Source of the DNA: a virus
Taxonomy: Duplodnaviria; Heunggongvirae; Uroviricota; Caudoviricetes
DNA length: 64,000 nucleotides
IMG/VR virus record: IMGVR_UViG_2585427970_000001
Strand: one strand, 5' to 3'
Part shown: piece after piece, positions 22,813 through 32,800 of the stretch
Position numbering within the stretch: the first letter of the stretch is position 1
Layout: each line of letters begins with the position of its first letter
Notes under the pieces: model-generated
Database searches by the model: none
What the model was told of the DNA's origin: nothing
What the model saw: the letters and a program-made list of their open reading frames with translations, nothing else
Program-made: the position numbers and the translations under genes

Positions 22813-23510
22813 AGATTGCTTTAGTTCTTCGCTCTGGTGGTGACTATAACGCTTCCGATGTGCAGTGGCTGGTTAATCAACTGCCAAAAGACTATGAAAT
22901 TATTTGCCTGACAGACCTGAAGTGTTTACATGTACCTGGCGTCAAAGTTATCCCATTGATCAACCAGTGGCAAAAGTGCCGTGGCTGGTGGGCGAAAATC
23001 GAGTTGTTCCGACCGGATATAACCGATGATCTGTTCTATCTGGATTTGGACACGGTTATTGCCGGTGATATACGCCCAATCCTAGAGAATCCACCAACCA
23101 GCTTCACCATGCTTAGGGATTTTTACCATCCACAATATCGTGGCAGCGGTGCCCTGTGGATACCAAATAGTGTAAAAGCGCATATCTGGAGTGCATTCTG
23201 GCAAGATCCGGAAGGTTGGATTGCTCGTTGCGTTATTACTGAATGCTGGGGTGATCAGGGGTTTTTGCGGAAGGTTATGGGTGATGATACACCAGCATTT
23301 CAGGATCTGTATCCGGGATGGTTTGTAAGTTACAAGGCCGATGTTGTGGAACCTGGTTCGAAATATGCGAGCGCGCGTTACTCCAGGGGGAATGGGGCAT
23401 TACCAAAAGACTGCCGAATAATCTTTTTCCACGGCAAACCGCGACCTCGCGAAGTGTCAGAGGATTGGCTTCCCCTTATCAGCTCATTTTTTGAGCAAGA
23501 ATCAGAATAA
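22809..23510 (+). CDS. hypothetical protein, possible DxD-type nucleotide-sugar transferase
   Basis: 233-aa ORF translationally coupled to ppp (ATGA overlap); [12 protein letters not shown] resembles a DxD motif; weak. Confidence 0.5.
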
Positions 23511-23511
23511 T

Positions 23512-23578
23512 ATTGCTCTAATAATTCCATATTTTTAAAGCGAGATGTACACTCATCACGTTTTTTATTAGAGCAATC
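23512..23578. promoter_or_regulatory. pair of inverted C1 operator-like sites flanking a promoter
   Basis: ATTGCTCTAATAATTCC (23512-23528) and reverse-oriented TTATTAGAGCAAT (23565-23577), with ~35 bp of AT-rich sequence between them, in the intergenic gap before 23592. Confidence 0.5.
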
Positions 23579-23591
23579 TACAAGGTGCACT

Positions 23592-23810
23592 ATGTGGCCA
23601 TTCCGACGGAAATATCACTACTGGCTGATCGCCTTTGTTACGCCGACCGGCGGTATTAGGCATGTCATCACCAGGTATCGCAACAAGAGACTCACCTTAG
23701 CCAGAATTTTACAGGCTGCCATAGGTGAGGGACTGGATACAAATTGCGTAGTCCTTCCACCTTCATACTTAGGAAAAATGACCGAAGCACAAGCTAATAC
23801 GGAACTTTGA
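23592..23810 (+). CDS. small hypothetical protein
   Basis: 72-aa ORF immediately upstream of, and nearly abutting, the 420-aa gene. Confidence 0.4.
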   Translation: MWPFRRKYHYWLIAFVTPTGGIRHVITRYRNKRLTLARILQAAIGEGLDTNCVVLPPSYLGKMTEAQANTEL

Positions 23811-23811
23811 A

Positions 23812-25074
23812 ATGAGCACTTCAGCACAAAACCAATCAATTGAAAATGTATCTATCCCTGACGTCCTGAATGCCGGTATCCCAGCCATTATCCAGAACAT
23901 CCGGGCCGCGCAACGCCGCGTTAGTTGTGATGACCTCACAGCGCGTTTTTTTGATAATGCGGTTCAGTCAGCGGAGATGCTTCACGCACAGCTTATTGAT
24001 GTTTATAACGCAGAAGCTGATAGCCATAACTCCCTGGTAGATGCAGCTGAAAATATGCAGTTGGATCTCGGTCTGAAGGGTAAAGAAATTGAAGAGCTTC
24101 AGCTGCAAATTGAACATTTGAAACGCCAGCAACAGGACGCGATCGACGATGCGACGCATGACGCCAACCAGCGTGCTGATAATGCCGAACGTATAAGCAT
24201 TGAGCTGGAAACAAAACTCAATGAAATGACCGCGATGGTTGAACTGCGAAACTCACAGATTTCAACGCTAAAATCTCAATATAAAGAGATCATGAAACTT
24301 GATCCTTTTAACCTTGAGAAACGCTATAACAAAGCCAAAAGTGAGCGACAGGAACTGCGTAAGCAGGTCGCTGACCTTAACCAACAGCTCAAAAAGACTA
24401 TTAAAGATGCAAGTGAGGCGCGCGTGGCATTTGCTAATAAAAAAGCAGAGGTTACCGCGCTGGCTAATGAGAATGCCAAATTTGCGACGCTCAAGAAGGA
24501 AATGTATGGCATTACTGAGCGACGTTTCCCTGCAAGCAAACTTCATCCGACGTTAGGGCAAATCTCCTTCTTCCCGCGCCTCCTGGCTTATGGGATCTCA
24601 TCGCCTAAAGAGTTCAATAACGAGCGTCCTTATATCGTTTCTAAGCTGGACTTTGCTTATCAGTTCTGCTGCGACATGGGCTATGCCATTGATATCCGAA
24701 TCAACGAATGGTTGATGCCAAACTTCCAGCCGTTGGCAATTTTCCGTGAGTTCCAGCCGGAAGGTTGGGTAGAGTTCTTCCATGAATTGATCTGTAAAGA
24801 GATGGAAAGCCGCCGCCCGGAGCTGGTCCGTCGAGTTGAGTGGGCGCAAGAGGTTATGTTGGCAGATGCAGAGCTGCCGTTTGAACCGGAATTCATTGAT
24901 GAACTGGCCAATAAAGGGCAGCATAGCCTATTTGATGTAGTTACCCGCCGTCATGAGCAGTTGGTTGTTGAATTGGGTTTAGAAGAAACTGCGGCAAGAA
25001 GACTTCTCGATGTTTGCTATGCACGTAGCGATGCATGGGAAAAAGAGAACGGCGGTACTATTTACGTTCGCTGA
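23812..25074 (+). CDS. coiled-coil hypothetical protein
   Basis: 420-aa ORF; N-terminal half is heptad-rich (EELQLQIEHLKRQQQDAID...), C-terminal half globular; followed by an intrinsic terminator. Confidence 0.55.
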   Translation: MSTSAQNQSIENVSIPDVLNAGIPAIIQNIRAAQRRVSCDDLTARFFDNAVQSAEMLHAQLIDVYNAEADSHNSLVDAAENMQLDLGLKGKEIEELQLQIEHLKRQQQDAIDDATHDANQRADNAERISIELETKLNEMTAMVELRNSQISTLKSQYKEIMKLDPFNLEKRYNKAKSERQELRKQVADLNQQLKKTIKDASEARVAFANKKAEVTALANENAKFATLKKEMYGITERRFPASKLHPTLGQISFFPRLLAYGISSPKEFNNERPYIVSKLDFAYQFCCDMGYAIDIRINEWLMPNFQPLAIFREFQPEGWVEFFHELICKEMESRRPELVRRVEWAQEVMLADAELPFEPEFIDELANKGQHSLFDVVTRRHEQLVVELGLEETAARRLLDVCYARSDAWEKENGGTIYVR

Positions 25075-25106
25075 TAGTTACAGTGTCACTTTTAATGCTG
25101 GTGGTG

Positions 25107-25138
25107 TGCGTCCCACCAGCATTTTTTTCGTCCAATGG
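25107..25138 (+). terminator. rho-independent terminator after the 420-aa gene
   Basis: GCTGGTGG-tgtgcgtc-CCACCAGC hairpin followed by ATTTTTTT. Confidence 0.6.
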
Positions 25139-25618
25139 GGAGGGCATTTGAGTATTTTCAACAAACACGCACACCAGGAGCGTCCGTACATCGTCATAGT
25201 CGATATTGATGGAGCAATATCAGAAGCAATTGAAGACAGGCTGCATTTGCTTCCGCTGCCGGGGAAAGGAGCATTAATATTGATATGGGGCACGTTTACA
25301 CAGTCTGGTTTGTAACCGGGTGCTGTGAGAACGCCAGGGATAAAACACGAGCCTGGTTGCGGAAAAAATAACAAACGTAGCCGAACTGTGCGACGGAGAT
25401 GACAAAAGGAGGGTTACAAAATAAATCGGCTCAATAGACATTATCTGCAGTGGCGAAAGCTGTTTTGATACGGATATTGATGACGCTGATATTTCTGAAT
25501 GGGGATCTCGGTGTCAGGTGCGAATCTATTATCTCCATTAAATGCCTGCTAGTCAGCAGGCATTTAATCTTCCTATTAGCTTTCCGTTCATGCCTGGCAT
25601 TTGCCAGTATGTCGGACA

Positions 25619-25849
25619 TCATTTTTCGTATTCAGTTTGCGGACTGAGTTCAGCATCTACCCATAGTGTCTTCGCTCCCCGTTGTGGCGGGCTTCTTCTA
25701 ATTTTTCCGCTGTTTACCAGTTGTAAAAGATAATGCCTAGCCTGATAGCTGCTTATATTAAATTCTTTAGATATAGTAGGTGTGTTTGTAAAGTTTTTTA
25801 ATTTAATGTACAGATATATTGAATCCATCATGAATTCATTACCTTTCAT
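25619..25849 (-). CDS. PapI/FaeA-family regulator-like protein
   Basis: 76-aa ORF; SSYQARHYLLQLVNSGKIRRSPPQRGAKTLW matches the PapI signature ([31 protein letters not shown]) from memory; divergent from the PapB-like gene. Confidence 0.65.
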   Translation of the reverse strand: MKGNEFMMDSIYLYIKLKNFTNTPTISKEFNISSYQARHYLLQLVNSGKIRRSPPQRGAKTLWVDAELSPQTEYEK

Positions 25850-26211
25850 ATAGCTTTTATCGATAAGTATTATTAGTTATTCTGTTTATGGCCTTTAGTA
25901 TATTTAGTCTTTTTTGCTTGCTTTTGATCTAGGTTAATAAAAGGTGCATTTTATAAACTTTTTTGTTTTTTTATTTTTAATTTATTTTATATTGCCGACA
26001 AAGTGTTATACCAGCATAAAATTCTAAATTTTATTTTCAATGTAGCACAATATTCATGATATTTGATTTTTTTAGAGTTAAAGAACGTGTAATTATTTGT
26101 TTTCAGATTAAAAAACCTCTATTACTATCACGCACCGGAAAGGCTATGTTTTCGGCGAATGCTTATTACTTAAGATATTTATTTAAATGCAACTGCGACG
26201 GGAGTAATCTG

Positions 26212-26559
26212 ATGCAGCAAAGAGATACTTACCTTCAAGGGGAGCAAAGGCAGTTATTTCTTAGCAAGAAAAATCAGTATCTAGCGATAGGAAAGGTTCC
26301 TGAAGATATATTCTGGTTGCTAGTGGAGATGTCAGCCATACGCAGTCAAGGCATCATAAAGGCATTGTATGACTATCTTGTTCTTGGTGATTCGAGAAAA
26401 GTTATCTGCGAGCGATACAATGTAAATAATGGATATATAAGTACCAGTTTATCTCGTCTGGAACGTATGAATGAAATGATAAAAGAAATTATACCCCACC
26501 ATGTAAAATGGTATGCGGACACCAATAATTACTGTGAATGCTGTGCGCGTGCTATATGA
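26212..26559 (+). CDS. PapB/AfaA-family adhesin operon regulator-like protein
   Basis: In-frame ATG 26212 with GGAG RBS 7 nt upstream; IFWLLVEMSAIRSQGIIKALYDYLVLGDSRKVICERYNVNNGYISTSLSRLERMN aligns to the PapB core (FFLLIGISSIHSDRVILAMKDYLVGGHSRKEVCEKYQMNNGYFSTTLGRLIRLN); the track ORF begins upstream at 26056. Confidence 0.7.
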   Translation: MQQRDTYLQGEQRQLFLSKKNQYLAIGKVPEDIFWLLVEMSAIRSQGIIKALYDYLVLGDSRKVICERYNVNNGYISTSLSRLERMNEMIKEIIPHHVKWYADTNNYCECCARAI

Positions 26560-26864
26560 ATCAGAGAAGGACTGTCTATTCATAGATAAAATAATATCTA
26601 TATAGGCATTTCTGCATGTTATAAAAATTGCACCTATAGCAATTGTGTTGGTAAACTATCTTTTTCGTTTATAAGGAGGCGTTAATAAAAAAGTCGCAAC
26701 TAGGTGTTAATTTTTTTCACTATGTATCGGTTATGTGGTCTTGATGATAGTGAAAAGTTATGGATAAAGCTGACATTAAATAATTATACAGATAACAAAT
26801 TCTCAAAATATTATCTCATTGAGATTTTAACTGTAGCTGGTGCGGTAATTTACTGAAGGTATTT

Positions 26865-29800
26865 ATGAATAAAATATATAAAGTGATATGGAACCACAGT
26901 ACTCAGCAGTGGGATGTGGTTTCAGAACTTACAGGTAACAAAAAAAAATGTAAATCTGCTCGCTTAAACCTGGCGTTAGCCGCTGCTCTTTTTACCGGAT
27001 CTATGGCGGTTAATTGCAGCAGCGCATTCGCGGATATTTCTCTTGATTCGGCATGGCGTCCGGCACAGAACAACAACCTTGTTGGGGCCGAGACTGTTAA
27101 CGGCACGACGGAAAATATCATAGGGCCGATATCGGTCGTTTCTGGTTCTTCTGGTCTCGTTGGCATGACTGTTGATGAAGCAAAAGCAGAGGGATACATT
27201 ACGGCTGGGGATGATCTTACCGGATTATTATATATTGACACAGGCGGAAGAACCAAAGCCCTTCAGTACTGGGATGCTGCGACCGGCGCGTACAGAACGG
27301 TACAGGTATATGACAATGACGCTTTTTCTCAGCGGGCTGCAGGCTCATCTGCGAATGAACTCATTTCCGGTTTTGCGCCTGATGCTGGTTTTTTCTATAA
27401 AACCCGTTTTGTTACTGTAACCAATGGTGGTACGGCCAATATTGATGTTGGCGCAGATTTTATTGGTCGCTATTTCAAAGATACTCAGCTCGCTGTTGCT
27501 GATGGAGCTGGATCAACTGTTAACTGGAATTCTGAAAATGAGTTCTACTTGCAGGCCGCAGCAACTTCTACAAACGGGCTCACATATACCGCCACAATTG
27601 ACTCAAAAGCATATGCTGGCACATTTACTGACTGGCAGGGACAACAGCATCAGGTTAATTCACAGGCAGACTTACAGCAATATAATGATTATCTGACTCA
27701 GGCGATTGTTGACGGTAAGCTGACTGCCTCTCAGTATGAGACTGAATTTAACAGGGCTATTATAACCACCACGCATACGTATGATGTTGATCGTACTGCA
27801 GGGGGTAAAATTGATCCTGCTATATATCAGGCTGGTATCGGAACACTTGCTGTACTTGAAGCTAGAAATGGTGGAACTGCACGACTCAGTTCAACCGGCA
27901 AATTAACAGGCATATTGCCGAGTGTTGGGCGTGGAGCTGGTATCATTGCTCGCTCGGGCGGTACAGGTATCAACGAGGGTATTATAGATGCTACAGGTAT
28001 TGCGATGCGTGCATACGGTAACAGCACCATTGTTAATGATGGCACTATCTATTCAGGGATCAACAATTCTAAACACGGACGACATGGTGAGGGAATGGTG
28101 GCAATTGATGCCGATTCCCTCGCAATAAATAATGGTGTTATTAATATCCGGCCATATAAAGTTGCAACAGTTAATCAGGATGGCATCAACACGGCAATGC
28201 TAGTGGCTGGTGGCGGTGAAGGAATTAATAATGGCACCATCAATATTACGGCGGATGCTTCAGTTATTGACAGTAAGGGACTAACCCGGGGGATCAGTGT
28301 GGGTGACGGAGGTTCCTTTACCAATGCATCCACTGGCAAAATCACCGTCGGTGTGGCTGAAGATGGCAGCGCAGCGCATTCAGCTGTCGGCTCTGTTGCG
28401 ATTGAGGTTGCGCAAGGGGCAACCCGTGTTATTAATGAAGGGACAATTCTCCTGGGGGAAGGGGCTCAGGGGAACTACGGTATTTCAGCATCGAACGTCG
28501 GAGCAGTAAATACAGTCATCAATAAAGGGACTATCACAGTTGAAGGGCATGACAGCGATACACCTGCACTGAATGTCGGCATGTTTGCAAATAACAGCAC
28601 CGGGCTGAAAAACACCGGGGTTATTAATGTGAATGGCCTGAACAGTGCCGGATTACAGGTCATAAACGGAGGCCAGATAGCGTCTGACGGTACTGTAAAT
28701 GTTGGTGGCGTGGATATCAGTAGTGGTTTCCGTAACTATGGTGCATGGGTGGAAGGCACCGGAAGCCGTGTTGATATATCCGGCGAAATTAGCCTTACTG
28801 GTGACGGTGCAGTGGGGGTTTTTGCCAAAGATGGCGGAGACCTGACCCTGTCAGGGAATGGTGCGGTGGTATTCGGTGGCAGTAACCAGGTGGGGTTTTA
28901 TGTCTACGGTGATGGTTCCACCATTCATAATACCGGGAACAGTGTTATGGATGTTTCCACCGAAAATTCAACGTTATTCCGTATTGCCAGCGGGGCGGTA
29001 TACCGGGGGGGCACAGGGGCATCCTCTGATCTGACGGCATCCGGTAAGAACTCGTATGCGCTTGTTGCCACTGGCAGGTCTGACACAGGCACTGCCTCAA
29101 CCGTCACATCCGGAGGGATGACCATCAACCTGACGGGAGAGGGGGCGACTGCTGTCTTGGTAGAGGGCGGGGCACAGGGCTCAATTGACAGTAATGCCAC
29201 TATCAATATGGATAATGCCAGCGCGATTGCCGGTATTGCGGATGGCAACGGGTATGATATTTCCGGCAATCTTATTAATCCAAAAGACAAGACTACATTA
29301 TTAACAGCAGGTGCTCAGCTGAGCTCTTCTCAGGATAAAGTAACCGGGTATATCGCCCGCAATGGGGCAACCCTGGAGAACACCGGTAATATCACCTTTA
29401 CCGGAAAGAACACGACCGGTATCCGGGTCGAGGAAGGCGCTGCTGGCACCAACAGTGGAAATATCCTCGTTCAGGATGGCGGTGTGGGATTACTTGCCCG
29501 CGGCTCACAGGACGCCACGACCATTAATAACACCGGTAATCTGGTCCTCAGTGGGGGGAATAATGCCAACCGTACTACCGGGATTAAAGCTTCCGGTGCA
29601 GCAACAACAGTTAATATGACCGCTGGCACACTCGATCTGCAGGGGCAGGGGGCGATTGGCGTTGAGGTCAGTGAACAGGGAACGGTGAATCTTGAGGGGA
29701 CTGCCATTCCTAAGTTTGCTGCTGACGATTCCGGCATTACCGATCAGATTGCTTTCCGTATTATCGGAGATGGTGCAACCATCAATACGAAGGTTGCACA

Positions 29801-32800
29801 GGGAACGCTGCTGGAAGCCAGTGGGCAGCGGTCAGTGCTCTTCCGTATTGAAGACGGGGCAAAACAGATTGGCTCTCTGCAGATGAAAACCTCCGGGACA
29901 GGCAGCCGGGGGATCTGGGCCACCGGTAAAGGCAGTGATGTACAGGCGGAGGCCGGCAGTGATTTCCAGATCCTGGGGGACCTAGCTCAGGGATTGTATG
30001 TCACTGGCGGTGCAACAGCGACCCTGAAACAGGGGATATCCGTTGATCTTGTGGGTGACGGGGCCGTGGTCGCGGAAGTGGACGGTAATGAGTACGCGCT
30101 CGATGGCAGTATTACACAAACGAATACTGGCTCGGTTATTACCAATGAGGCAGATATCTCTTCGCCGCTGAATAATGCCAAGGGCTTTATTACGCGTAAT
30201 CAGGGACTGTTGATTAACAGCGGCAACATTGATTTCACTGCCGGTACCGATAATATCGGCGTCTGGGTTGATAACGGTCGCTTTGAAAATACGGGAAACC
30301 GTATTGCGGTCAATGGTGTTGCTTTATTTGTTGAAGGCGCACAGTCTCAGATCACCAGCACGGGAGGGGATATCGTCGCTGTGGACGGTGAGGCTGCCAT
30401 TAAGCTGGGGGCGGGCGCGTCACTGAACCTGGCAGGGAGTGGGCTGGGAACGATTGAGGGCCAGAAAAATGCACATGGCATCCTGCTGGATACAGGGGCT
30501 GTGGGGCTGGTTATTGATGGTGCGAAAATTAATGTGAATGCTGCAGGTGCGGTTGGTCACGGGATTGAGAACCGCGCAGAAATTGAAGGCATTCAGTTAA
30601 CCAATACGACTGAAATTAATGTGGCTGATGGCATTGGTGTGCGTACTTCAGCTTCGCTGGCTAAGACCAACAGCGGCACTATTAATGTAGATGGCAGCGG
30701 AATTGCACTGGCGTTCCGGAAAGCTGACGGAAGTGAAACCGATAATAACCTGGATATGTCTGACTCCGGCGGATTAGTCATTAATCTGAAAGGCACGGGC
30801 GGCACGGGTATTTTCGCCAACACTAAAGATGGTGCTGTCGTGAAGAGTGGTGCAAGTGTCAATGTTACACAGGCCGATGGCGGTTCCGCTCTGGTGGTTA
30901 ACAATGCGGCCAGTGAAGTGGTTCAGAGCGGTAATCTCATTTCTGTTTCTCTGAATCATGCTGTAGTGGATGCATCAAAAGCACTGTCCTTTACCAATAC
31001 AGGTCAGATTAAAGCCGCGTCCGCTGCCGGGACTGCAATGGCGTTTGATGACGCCGTGAATACCACCGTACTGAATGACAGCGGTGCTGAAATTCAGGGG
31101 GTTGTGGCTCTGAACGGCGGTGATAACACATTTACCAATAAAGGCAGTATTACCGGAACCGTCAGTGCAAAAGATGGCAACAACACATTGTTATTTGATG
31201 ACGGCAGCACACTGACAGGTGAAGCGACTGCAGGAAACGGCAATAACAATGTAACGCTTAACGGCAGGACACATGTTGACCAGGTGATTGCAGGTACAGG
31301 ACAGAATACCTTCACCATTAAAGGTGAAGGGGCAACCTGGGATCTGCTGGATGGCGGGCAGGGAGATTCTGATTCCCTGATTTTTGATAACGCCATTCAT
31401 ACGCTGGATTCTGCTGCAAAGATACAGAACTTTGAACATGTCGGGCTGAAAAATGGTTCCGTTGTCACCCTGAAGGAGGCACTGGTGCTGACGGACGGTG
31501 GCGCCGGGGCGGGCTCTGTCGATATTGAATCGGGCAGTGAACTGAGCATTACCCCTGCCACAGCAGGCGACTTTACCTTTGATCCATTGTTAACGGGCAA
31601 AGGCACGCTGTCCGCTCAGCTTGATGCCGACACCTCTGCTTTTGAATTCAGCCATAACGTCGGGGATCAGTTTGCCGGCACCCTGAAACTGGGCACCAGC
31701 AGTTTTGCGCTGGAAGGGCTGAATACGAAGGGGTTGACCCATGCCATGTTGGTGTCTGAAACCGGAAATATCACAACGGTTGGCTCCGGTGTTCAGAGGA
31801 TTGGCGGTCTTGGATTCAGTGGCGGAACACTGAATTTTGGTTCTGTCAGCCCGGGAGATATTGTTGCCGGCAACCGTATTGAAACCTCTGCCGCAGGTAC
31901 ACTGGATCTTCGCGGTCAGGGCACAATTCAGGTCACCATGCCGGTGGTGGTTAATGATATTCCGGTGGTTGATACCCGTAAGAATCTGCTTGAGCAGGAC
32001 GATGCGCAGACCCTGGTCACACTGGTGGATGCTAAGGGAACCGTTACCGGCACCGGTGGACAGTTGCAACTGGTGGATGAAAATGGCCAGGTCATTTCTC
32101 ACAGTCAGACGTTCGATGTGACTCAGGGCGGTGAAGTGGTGGCCCAGGGGAACTATGACTACAAGATGCTGGGAAGTTCCGACGGTATTAACGGTGATGG
32201 GCTGTATATCGGCTATGGCCTGAAATCGCTGAATTTGCAAGGGACAGGTGATAAAGCGCTGGTGCTGACCCCGAGAGCGAACGCACAGGGGCTGCAGTCA
32301 GATCTCGGTGCTCAGTTAACGGGAACAGGGGATCTGGCGATAGACGCTGTGGGGCAGGTTGTCACACTGTCCAACGGTGGTAATAACTACACCGGTGATA
32401 CGCTGGTGCGCAGCGGCACACTGCAGATGGCAAATGATAATGTGCTTGGCGCTACAGGCAGCCTGAACGTTGCCAGCAATGCCGTCTTCAGAACAGACGG
32501 ATACAGCCAGACGGTGGGTGCACTGCAGACAGAAACGGGAGCGCACATTCAGCTTGATAGCGGTAGTGTACTCACGGTCAGCGGCACGCAGCGTCAGCCG
32601 GGCGATAATAATGGTGGCATCATTGAAAACAATGTGCTGACCGGAGACGGTACGCTGGCTGTCACGGGCAGCAATCTGACGGTACATGGCACCAATATCG
32701 GGTTCTCCGGTAATGTCAGCCTTACCCGGGGTTCGCTGGTTGAAATGAACGGCGCACAGGGGCTGGGAAGTCTGGGGACCGTCAGCTTTGAAAGCCTGAA

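Noticed and set aside
25850-26211. Canonical two-GATC Dam/Lrp pap switch
   Set aside because: Only one GATC is present in the spacer, so I report the regulator pair but do not claim a Dam-dependent switch.
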